In this document: positions 49,496-60,056 of the stretch, piece by piece
Position numbering within the stretch: position 1 is the stretch's first letter
How the letters are laid out: each line of letters opens with the position of its first letter
NCBI RefSeq assembly: GCF_001194135.2
Contig: NC_068983.1
Location: forward strand, 16,706,896-16,770,895
Length of the DNA stretch: 64,000 nt
Source: Octopus bimaculoides
Lineage: Eukaryota
Reading direction: 5' to 3'
The notes under the pieces: model-generated
What the model saw: the letters and a program-made list of their open reading frames with translations, nothing else
Database searches by the model: none
Told to the model about the DNA's origin: nothing
Translations under genes and position numbers: made by a program

Positions 49496-51682
49496 ATAAT
49501 GTGCATTGAAATTGTACTGAAATATGCAATGTACAAAAAATTACATTAAAACATGCAGTGTTTGGTCAAATATATACAGTATATAGTGAAATTATATGAA
49601 GAAATTAACTGCTAATTTTACAAATAATGTTAGTCATTATAAACAGAAATATGAGATCGAAAAATAGTGAGCCTGTTTCTCTTTTCTATCTTAAATTGGT
49701 GCCAATAAAACAATTTACAGCATGGAAGGCATGTTAGTCATTCAAAAACACACACAGAGAAACTGTGTCAGTGACCAGGTCACAACTGGAACAACAAAAA
49801 TGTTTACACCAAATAATGACTGTTTAAGTGAAGTTAATAATATGTCTTTTGAATGGGTATGTCTCTTCTCCTCTGTAATAATCCTTTCTACTATAAGCAC
49901 AAGGCCTGGAATTTGTGGGGAGGGGGATAATCGATTACATCGACCCCAGTACTTGACTAGTACTTAATTTGTTAACCCCAAAAGGATGAAAGGAAAAGTC
50001 GACTTCAGCAGAATTTAAACTCAGAACATGGAGACGGACAAAATGCCACTAAGCATCTTGCTCAGTATGCTAATGGTTCTACTAGTTCACCACCTTCTTC
50101 CACACTGTAGTAATAATTTTGTTTTCATTGATAATTAGTGCAGCCAACTCCATATGAATTTTACCCTTTTTTTTAGAAGGTTTGTTGCTAAGTAGAGTTA
50201 CTCTGTAATATATCACAGTTTTAGATTTTAAAAATTGTTTATTAAATATAGTAAATCACAGAGAAATAGTGACTGATTAAATTTGTTTTGAGCATTGAAC
50301 ATTATCTATCTGATAATTTAGCAAACACATAGGCGAAAATAAATTTCATGACTAACACATGAAGCAAATAAATTATCTTTTATCATTGACTTGTTTCAGT
50401 CATTGAACTGCAGTCATGCTGGTATAATGCCTCACAGGGTTGTACTTTTGAGTAAGACAATTTTTTATATCATGTTGCACCATTCTTCTCAGCTGAAATG
50501 AGGATCAACTGAGTGCTTTCTCTCCTTGATGTCACATCCTCAATGTTTTGAGTCAATGATAGGACAAAGAGGATGTCCATGTCTGCTCATGACAAAAAAG
50601 GGCACCTAAAACAACTAGTGAAAGCATGGTACATGCAACCAAGTCATATTTGCTAACACATGATTGGGTATGGTTACATGGTCATACGACAAGAAATTCA
50701 CCATTTGGAAGGCAAATGGTGAATGAAGTAATGATGTACACAACACTTTCTGAGAACATGGTACTGCTAACAATAGACTGGAATTCTTTTACTAACATTT
50801 ATAGTAACATGGACCATACATTGGAATTTGACATGATATAGTTGAAAGATTAAGCATAAAATGTAGGTTAGCACTGATACATAGATAACAATGGAAGAAA
50901 TGATTAGAACACAGATTTTTTAAGTATGTACTATTGGCTTCAGGGTGTATACAATTATGTAATGAAAACTTTTTGAACTGACTGCTTTATACTTTCAGAA
51001 TTTGAAACATCAAAACTTAATTCAATAAATTGAATAGCACAGAAACCACATGATCAAATTAATCACAAATAATGTATAGAACATAGAATAAACATAACTA
51101 ATGGGAGTTTGTTTTGGAGAGCAGGGAAATTATCAAGAGTAAGTAACAGTGCCTATGGCTTTTGTAGCCTTCTGGAACCAGTGAGATTGATATGGTTAAC
51201 TTTTAACTGTTGTTGTGTCAATGGCTGCAAGAAAAATATGTTCAGAGAGGGAATTCCTAGTTGTAACATTCTGGAAAGGAACGAAAAAAGGCCTTGACAT
51301 TAGTGTAGCACCTGAGAGGTTAGCCACAATATGGATGATGAGATGAGAGATGAGTGTATTGGGAATGTCTGAGTAGTGGGGACATGAAGGCACCTCTTCC
51401 TCTTCTCCAGATGATATTTTAGGGACATACATCATACTCTCTTACCATTGACCATTTCTATGACAATCCATCACTTGCTATCTCTCCTACCATGAAACAT
51501 GTTGCTCCTTTAGTGTCTCTCTTCCATTGCCTTCTATCATTGTTTTCTTACTTACTCACTCACTCACTCACTCACCCACCCACCCACCTGTACAGCTTTT
51601 ACAAGCCACTCATCTACCCCGAGCTACTTCAGAGACCACCATATTACACAACAGGATGTTCTATTGAAGGCTTTCTCTAGAT

Positions 51683-51710
51683 CACTGGTGGTCTGTGAAC
51701 TAAATTCAGA

Positions 51711-51750
<40 letters not shown>

Positions 51751-52079
51751 TTTATTAATATTATCTCAGTTTAAAAAAACCTTGACAATGTAAATATGTT
51801 AATAGTTACCATGGGTTGCAAAAATCACACAAAAAAACAGGATATCACACTCGTTTTATAGGTAGAGATACCAAGTTAAAGCAATGCATTTTGAGTAGAT
51901 ATGAATAATAACAATAAATGGAGCAAAACGCATATAAATAAAAGTTCATCGTCGATGAATATATGTGCAATTCCAGCAGCTCTTACTTCTTTGGAGTAGA
52001 GTGCACATATATTTTGAAACATGTGTAGGAATTAAAGGAACTTTTATTTATATGCGTTTTGCTCCATTTATTGTTATTA

Positions 52080-52121
<42 letters not shown>

Positions 52122-52207
52122 TAAGAGTAAACATATCTAAAGGGGTCCGTGGGAAAACTCATTTAAATGAAAGGGGTCATTGGTAGTGAAAAGGTTGGGA
52201 ACCACTT
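51683..52207. mobile_element. hAT/Charlie-like MITE with 8-bp TSD
   Basis: CTCTAGAT duplicated at 51675-51682 and 52208-52215; right end aaggttgggaaccact; left TIR degenerate. Confidence 0.7.
51899..52086. repeat. Foldback: perfect 49-bp arms around a structured 90-nt spacer
   Basis: 51899-51947 is the exact reverse complement of 52038-52086. Confidence 0.88.
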
Positions 52208-52215
52208 CTCTAGAT

Positions 52216-52640
52216 CAATAAGTGCCAAGTATGATGGTTTATTCTTGGCTAAATATTTCTCTTACTGTTGCCTAGCTATGAAAATAGCGTCAGTAGTGCT
52301 TCTCTCTGGGACAAAACCTAACTGCATTTCATCTAGCCCAATTCTACTCCTAATTAATTTGGCTATAACTTTCTTCGTAATTTTCATCACCTGTTTCAAG
52401 ACTCTGATGCTTCTATCTAAGGCATCTCCCTTACACTTGTAGCAGCTAACAATAATGTTACTACACCAGTCACTTGATATTACACCTTCCTAGAGGACAT
52501 GATTAACTGTGCAGGCGACTAGCTTGTATCCTACCTTGCCAGATAGTTTGAGCATCTCAGCAGTGATTCAAGATGGACCTGGGGCTTTCCTTGTTTTCAT
52601 GTCTTTAATTGCCTTATCTACTATACTGTACGGGCATATA
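52216..52640 (-). mobile_element. RTE RT-domain fragment
   Basis: RC: KAIKDMKTRKAPGPS*ITAEMLK...EMQLGFVPERSTTDAIFIARQQ*EKYLAK. Confidence 0.88.
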
Positions 52641-53589
52641 TTCTGGATGTGCTAGGTGTGCAGTGCACACCCATCAAAAATGGCAAATTCATTATAAATA
52701 TTAACTTTACTCATTAATTTAATCACAAATCTTAATGGAAAACTTTTGTTATACCCCTGCTTGAAATTTGATGGCAGCACACCCAATACAACAACTACCA
52801 TATGCCACTGCTATACTGCTGTCCACTAGGATAGCTGGTCCCTCTGTTGGGTTCACATGAGGGAGACTCATGTTATCCCATTCATTCTCCACATTCAATA
52901 GTCCTACATTGAGATGACTTAAAGAGAGTAATAGAAAGAAAGGAAAAAAAAACTAAGAAGTTGCATCTATTTGCAATGGATGCATGGATGTAATTTCAGT
53001 TCAGGTATGGATTTTGCTATGAAGTTGCAATGGAAACATTGATGATTTTGATTTTACCTGAGACTGGGCAAGTGTGTCTGTTGACTGTGGGATATAGTTC
53101 TTCTGTTATTCTTTTTCTTCAACTCAAATTGTTTGGATGCATCATGACACATATTATGCCATGCTCATTGATGTAGCCAATGACTTTTCTAAGATCTCAG
53201 GTTAACCCATTACCTCCCATAATTCTATTAACTGGAATTTTTTTTATGAAACTTTGATTTCTAGCATAAAACAGCCTTAGAAACACGCTGGAATGATCAA
53301 AATAACATTTCAAAATAACATTTTAAATAGAAATAAGCGAGATATTGGGTGAAAAATTAGCAACCCTCATTTGAATATCAGAGAAATATACCTAGTAGAT
53401 ATAGCAAGAAGGTTTGATATGTGTAAATATTGGCAGATAATTACGAAATTTGTAATTTTTAAGTGATCTCATATGAGATCACTGGTAGGCAATGGGTTAA
53501 GTTGTGGAGACTTTAGAGATTGCTTCAACTTATCCTTATAGCTAAGGAGAGGTCTTCCTCTGTTATGATATCCCTCCACTTGTTGGGAC

Positions 53590-54065
53590 AGGACATACTT
53601 CAAGATTCAAACTTGATGATAAACAACAAGCCACTCAAATAAGTCAGGTCATTTAAGTATCTTAGAAGTACAGTAAACTTTAAGAGTGCTCTTGGTGATG
53701 AAATCAATGTTAGAATAGCTAAGGATACTAGTGCTTTTGGAAGATTTGTGCATCGTTTGTGGGATGAACATGATTTCAGTCTGAAAACTAAAATAAGTGT
53801 ATGCAAATCTTGTACTTTGAACACACTTTTGTATGGAGCAGAAGCATGGACTTCCTACTACAGACATCTAAAGGAACTTAAAACCTTCCACATGAGCTGT
53901 TTGTACAACATATGCAACATAGAATAGCAAGATAAGATATCCAATGCCAAAATCTTAAGAAAATGTGATATCTCCAGCATCCAAAGCATGCTGATGAGAA
54001 TTCAGTGTAGATGGGTAGGACATGTTGTTTGAATGAAAAATGACAGCATTCTGAAAATTCTTATA
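53590..54065 (+). mobile_element. RTE ORF2 C-terminal fragment
   Basis: YLRSTV...EINVRIAK...TLLYGAEAW...RWVGHVV*M. Confidence 0.85.
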
Positions 54066-54090
54066 CATACATGCATACATACATACATAC

Positions 54091-54517
54091 ATAGTAATCT
54101 GGGACAGAGAAGAGAAACTGTGTACAGTAGTAGAAATCAGCTGTCCTGCGGATGTCAACATCACGCTAAAGATTAGAGAAAAAGAGAACAACTACGCCGA
54201 GCTACTGAGAAATTTGCAGATACTCCACCCAGACTACAAGTTCAGATTCATACCTGTGATTGTTGGGGCATTGGGATATGTAACGAACTGCCTCAACAAA
54301 AACCTGGAAAAATTAGGGTTCTCAAAACCTGAAAGAAAAAGGCTGATTAGAAGACTACAGATTCAAGCCATCAATGGAACTGTGAAGATATGTAAAACTT
54401 TCCAAAAATTTAGCACATAAATACATATGCATGCATCTAGACATGAAAATATATACATAAAAACGCATCCATAAAACAAACATACAAATCTGCACATACA
54501 ATAAACCCAAATACTGC
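54091..54517 (+). mobile_element. 5'-truncated RLE-type (R4/Dong-like) non-LTR retrotransposon
   Basis: Uninterrupted 109 aa IVIWDREEKLCTVVEISCPADVN...KENNYAEL...PVIVGALG...GTVKICKTF*, a restriction-like endonuclease C-terminus; 3' end lost in a gap. Confidence 0.82.
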
Positions 54518-54934
54518 NNNNNNNNNNNNNNNNNNNNNNNNNNNNNNNNNNNNNNNNNNNNNNNNNNNNNNNNNNNNNNNNNNNNNNNNNNNNNNNNNNN
54601 NNNNNNNNNNNNNNNNNNNNNNNNNNNNNNNNNNNNNNNNNNNNNNNNNNNNNNNNNNNNNNNNNNNNNNNNNNNNNNNNNNNNNNNNNNNNNNNNNNNN
54701 NNNNNNNNNNNNNNNNNNNNNNNNNNNNNNNNNNNNNNNNNNNNNNNNNNNNNNNNNNNNNNNNNNNNNNNNNNNNNNNNNNNNNNNNNNNNNNNNNNNN
54801 NNNNNNNNNNNNNNNNNNNNNNNNNNNNNNNNNNNNNNNNNNNNNNNNNNNNNNNNNNNNNNNNNNNNNNNNNNNNNNNNNNNNNNNNNNNNNNNNNNNN
54901 NNNNNNNNNNNNNNNNNNNNNNNNNNNNNNNNNN

Positions 54935-54981
<47 letters not shown>

Positions 54982-55120
54982 TATATATATACATATATAC
55001 ATATAGATATCTATGTATATTGTCAGTAAGTCATAAATCTGAAAGAGAAGTACACTCCAAGTTATAGAGCAGTAGAATATTTAGATAAAGATAATTATGA
55101 CCAGTTCAGAGGATTACCCA

Positions 55121-55163
55121 TAAAGCAGTTAGCTTTACATACGTCTCATCAGACCCTGCTTTA
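55121..55163 (-). ncRNA. Hammerhead relic with a long stem I
   Basis: RC: taaagcagggt-CTGATGA-gac-gtat-gt-AAA-gc-TA-actgcttta; lacks cg of gtc-GAAA. Confidence 0.45.
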
Positions 55164-55259
55164 GAATCTGACGGAACATATGTAACACTAAGCACTTTAT
55201 GGATGCAAAAACTCTGGGTAACCCTAAGAACCGGTCATGACTGTTTTTATCTATATATA

Positions 55260-56530
55260 CAGGGGTTGGACAAAATAATAGAAACACCTAGCATCATAGC
55301 ATCATAATTTTGAAATATCTATAAAACCATCAAAAGCTTGTTTACTTTTATGTTTTGGTTTATTATTAGTGTTGCTTAATATGTTTTGCTAAAATTGCTG
55401 TTTCTTTTCAGATATCATCAGAAAAAGGTAATTAAAATTCATTAAAATGACAGATCTATCAGACTTTCAAAGAGGTCAAATTGTTTGTGTTCGTATGGCA
55501 GGCGCTAGCGTAAATGAAAGCCACCGAAATGTTTGGTGTATCAAGAAGTACTGTCTCGAAAGTAATGACAGCCTTTGAGAAAGAAGGAAAAACCTCCTTG
55601 TCAAAATAAAATTCCGGAAGAAAACCAAAATTTTCAGATAGGGACCATCAGACTCTTACATGAATTGTTAGAAAGGAACACAAAAGTACAGCTCCCAAAA
55701 TTACTGCAGAGCTTAATGACCACCTTGAGAACCCAGTTTCCATAAAAACTGTTCACCATGGGTTGCACAAAGCCAGATTTCACAGGAAGGCTGCAATCAG
55801 AAAACCACTACTTTCAAAAACAAACGTTGCAAAGCATTTAGAGTGGACTAAAAACCTACAGAATTGGTCCCTAGAGCAGTAGAAGAATGTTATTTTCTCA
55901 GACGAGTCGTCCTTTACCTTATTTCCAACCACCAGCTGAGTATACATGTGGAGACAATCAAAAGAAGTATCTGACCCAGACTGCCTTCTTCCAACTGTTA
56001 ACCATGGAGGAGGATCTGTGATGATGTGGGGGGCTATATCTTGGAAATCTGCTGGCCCAGTGATTTCCCTTCATGGCAGAATTAATAGTCAAGACTATTT
56101 AAGCATTTTATCTGATCAAATTCATCCTATGGTTGCGGAACTGTTTCCGGAGGGAAGCCCAATCTTTCAGGATGATAAAGCACCATTCACACAGCTAAAG
56201 TTTTTACTGAATGGCACGAGGAATATTCTAGTGAAGTTGAACATCTTATCTGGCCACCATAGTCCCCAGATCTCAATATTATTGAACATTTATGGTGCAT
56301 TTTAGAAAAACAAGTAAGGAGTCAATATCTTCCACCATCATCATTACAAGAACTGGAGGCTGTTTTAGCTGAAGAATGGACAAAAATTTCTTTGGAAACA
56401 ATTCAAACTTTGTAGGAATTCATACCTTATAGAATTCAAGCTGTAATTACTGCCAGAGGCAGTCCTATCCCATATTAAAATAAGTTTGCTTGAAATTTTA
56501 AGGTGTTTCCATTATTTTGTCTGACCCCTG
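55260..56530 (+). mobile_element. Tc1-like transposon (DDE), full length, inactivated; pseudogene frame 55447-56478
   Basis: 30-bp TIRs caggggt(tg/ca)gacaaaataat(a/g)gaaacacct, TA TSD; MTDLSDFQRGQIV...FSDES...GGGSVMMWG...FQDDKAP...SPDLNIIEHLW. Confidence 0.96.
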
Positions 56531-56541
56531 TATATATATTA

Positions 56542-57398
56542 CATGGAAAAATGTGAGCAATAGAAATAACATTATTAACAGGAAAATTACAGGACAAGTT
56601 ATTACACTTGGAAAAGTTCAGGAGAACATAGTACATCTGATAAGTTACAAAACAAGAAAATCTTTACTTAAAATATTGCAGCTAAGGATAAAATTTCAAA
56701 TAAAATATTTAGATTTAGAAAATATTAGCTTTTATTAAAACTAAAAAATTTTATTACAAGTTTATTGCTTCTATTTGTTATTACTTGTTACTTCTATTAA
56801 AAATTAAAAATAACTCAAAATATTTTTTACACTTTAAAAAAATTCGTTTTTTAATTACTAATTAATAAAGAGAAATTTGAAAATATGCTATAAAAAATAA
56901 TAGTAGTACATAATTAGTACAATAAATAGAATAAAACAAAAACTAGTTATATATTACAGTAAAATCTACCTATAACAACAAATGCACAGTAAAATTTGCT
57001 TGAGCTATTGCCAAGTCTTCACATTGTTAGTCTTGAGCTAATGCCTATTTTCTATGTAATGAATTTGCCTACCATATATACTATTCTACTTTATATAAAA
57101 CTTTAGCTATATTGGAACTTCTGGCTCTCATTTTTTAAGTATTCTAGTATGTCAATATTTTAACAAAATGATGGTACCTTTTTTTTAATTATAATGTTAA
57201 TTTGTAAATTAAAATAAAATAATTTTTGATATTCAAATTTTATCCTTAGCTACAATATTTTAAGTAAAATTTTCTTGTTCTGTACTTTACCAGATGTAAT
57301 AAGTTGTCCTGAACTTTTCCAAGTGTAATAACTTGTCCTGTAATTTTCCAGGTTTATAACCTTAAGAATATTATTTCTCTTGATCGCATTTTTCCATG
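56542..57398. mobile_element. Non-autonomous element with ~170-bp TIRs, TA flanks (Tc1/mariner-like MITE)
   Basis: ta|CATGGAAAAAT ... ATTTTTCCATG|ta; arms ~56542-56710 and ~57225-57398 share ggaaaa...caggacaa.ttatta subrepeats; very AT-rich interior. Confidence 0.8.
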
Positions 57399-57608
57399 TA
57401 ATCCATGTTTTTTCCAGGCTATGCTATTATGCTAATCAATTATGTGTCAAATGTGTCAATTAGCGGTGTCATTGATTGCCTAGCCAGTAGAGTGGCATCA
57501 TTCAAAAGCTAAAATGATGCAAGCCACACTGTGACCAGTGATTTATAGCAACATCCAATAGTCTGGTCGATTACATGACCATGTGATGTGTGTGTGTGCG
57601 TGGGGGGG

Positions 57609-57855
57609 AGGCATGTGGGGGCTCAGTGGTTGGGGCATTGGGCTCATGATCATAAGATTGTGGTTTCAAATCCTGGACCAGATGACACATTGTGCTCTTG
57701 TACAAAACACTTCATTTCATATTGATCCAGTCCACCCAGCTGGCAAAAGTGAGTAAGCCTGTGATGGACTGGTGACCCATCCAGGTGGAGAATATATACA
57801 CCTCAGAAATCAGGAAACCAACCCTATGAGTCTATATGACTCAGAAAGGATCTTT
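57609..57855 (+). mobile_element. tRNA-headed SINE, head B + tail 2 (also ~47515-47760)
   Basis: gggctcagtggttgggg...aaaacacttcatttca then gtgatggactggtgacccatccagg...ggaaaccaaccctatgag. Confidence 0.75.
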
Positions 57856-57929
57856 ATCCTATATCCTCTGTGTGTGTGTGGGGGGGGGGTGTTTGAGATG
57901 ACAATGTCAAACCAAGTGAAATCATAACC

Positions 57930-58128
57930 AAGGCCAGTACCGGTGACACATAAAAGTGCCGGTGATGTGTTAGAGGCGCCCACTCCACTATTGGAGTGGT
58001 TGGCATTAGGAAAGGCATCCAACTGTAGAAACCAAGCCGAAACAGACTGGAGCCCAGTACAGCTCTCTAGTTTGCCAGTTCTAGTCAAACCGTCAAATCC
58101 ATGCCAGCATGAAAAACAGACTCTAAAC

Positions 58129-58161
<33 letters not shown>

Positions 58162-58170
58162 AATGATGAT
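57930..58170 (+). mobile_element. RTE 3' end (family Y)
   Basis: ggaaaggcatccaactgtagaaacc...catgccagcatgaaaaacagactctaaac(gat)n. Confidence 0.8.
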
Positions 58171-58520
58171 GTACATACATTCAAACATATATATGTATGT
58201 ATCTGTAAACGTAGACCTCTGTTCAGACACATACACAATCATGCATGCCAACACTTGCTCACACACACATACACATGTGCATATGTATATAAAATTAATT
58301 ATTATTAAGATAATTAGTCATAGAAGGCAGACCAGGTCCCTAAACTTCATAGGTCATATCAGACTGGCAAGATGAAATATTGCATATGCAAATAATATGC
58401 ATGCTACAGTATGGACGTGAGTATATGTGCGTGCTTGTATACAAATAATACATGCATTTTTATATTTAAACACACACACACACATACACACACACACACA
58501 CACACATACACACATATTTA

Positions 58521-58561
<41 letters not shown>

Positions 58562-59716
58562 ATATATGTGTATATATATGTGTGTGCATGATCTTTCTTT
58601 CATATCTTTGCTTTCGTGAAGCTAGCACGAACAATTCTTCGTCTCCCTTCCAGTTCGTTGCTTTACAGCGTTCAGCATACACATATTCTTTCCACGTCTG
58701 GCCGTGTAGCCTTCTTGTTTGTTCTCACTGTTTCGTTTTCCTGTCTTGTTTTCTGTCCGCCACTACATTCCTCCACGTTACAAATTTAATTTGTGGTCCG
58801 TGGGAAGAGCCATTTTAACGATGCGTCCTGCCCTAACTCTTCGAAACGCCAGTGTTGAATGGTGGCAGCTGATGAAGGAAATGTTCTCTATGTGGCCTGT
58901 GTGTTTTCTGTACTTGTTTATCATTTTGTCTACGTTTTGTTTGCAATGTCCTGTACCCAGATATGCATCTATATATACAGGTAGATGTAAGTATGTACAT
59001 ACATGTACGTATATATGCATATACTCATTTATTATTTGTATATATATATATATATATATCCTACTAACTTCAACTTGTAAGCATATATGTATGTTGACTA
59101 ACATCTGCTTGCTCAAATATGCACATATGCATGTGTGTGTGTTTAGTGTGTATACATCCATGCACATTGTCATGTGTGTGCTGATATCTCAAATAGTAAG
59201 AGAGTAAGGGAAAGATAGAGAAGAGTGAGAGAGAGATAAAGAAAGTAAGAAAGCAAGAAAGAGAGGGCGAGAGAGTTAGAAACAAGACAAAAAGAGAGAA
59301 TGAGAACAAAGAGAGAAGGAAGGATCAAAAGGTTTAGATGTGTACATACCATATATCTATGCTAAGCCTGCGTGTGTCAGTTTGGTAAAACACTTTCCTT
59401 TCTTGCAATACTCCAACGCACCATCATATGCACGTACACACTAATGCATATATATACATAAGTACACAAACATATGTGCACAGTTCATGTACATGTTTGT
59501 GAGAATATGTGCATGCATACAACACACCCACACACATATATATACAAAGGCACAGTTGTGGGTGTGTGGTTAAGAAACTTGCTTCCCAACCATGTGGTCA
59601 CGGGATCCGTCCCATAGCGTGGTACTTTGGACAAGAGTTTTCTACTATACTTCAAGGTCGAACTAAACCTTGTGAGTGGACTTAATCAATGGAAACTGCA
59701 AAAAGCCTATTGTATT

Positions 59717-59747
<31 letters not shown>

Positions 59748-60056
59748 TTGTGTATTTATGTATATGTATGTGTTTGAGTGTATCCTTATCAAAGACATCT
59801 CATGATGGTTGTAAATGGAGTTGTTTCCAATCTTCAATGAAAAATATATCTAGCAGACTTTTAATTAAAACGTTGTCAGGTGTTTATAAAACTATAAGAG
59901 AAAAATTCCCATGCAGTTTGGGGATTTCAAAAAAAATCAGTTGATAAAAGGCTATTGGAAAGGCCTTTTAAAAAACATTCACCAGCAGAGAGACCTGGAT
60001 TTTCTGGGTTTCTCAAAAATCAAGGTGAATAATCTTTTCTTTTTATTTCTCTGACT

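Larger units (their letters stand above)
9191..54934. other. Assembly gaps: 9191-9815, 10683-10783, 11819-12395, 13115-13777, 25470-25479, 28673-28682, 34791-35502, 36861-36870, 38572-38972, 48898-49174, 54518-54934
   Basis: N runs, many flanked by (TA)n or homopolymers. Confidence 1.

Noticed and set aside
51196-51297. CCCVNGCKK Cys cluster, possibly a CXC domain of a DNA transposon
   Set aside because: Short and unsupported by flanking sequence.
9114-55002. Long ORFs of 170-350 aa in the ORF track spanning N runs
   Set aside because: Artefacts of translating assembly gaps as X.
58800-58890. gaagag...ctcttc-GAAA-cg plus a downstream CTGATGA in an unclassified repeat
   Set aside because: Core halves are in an order and spacing that do not close a three-way junction, and there is no UH site.
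602-59944. Many 60-160 aa ORFs rich in HT, YI, CV or DDD/MMM
   Set aside because: Translations of (CA)n, (TA)n, (TG)n and (GAT)n microsatellites and SINE bodies.
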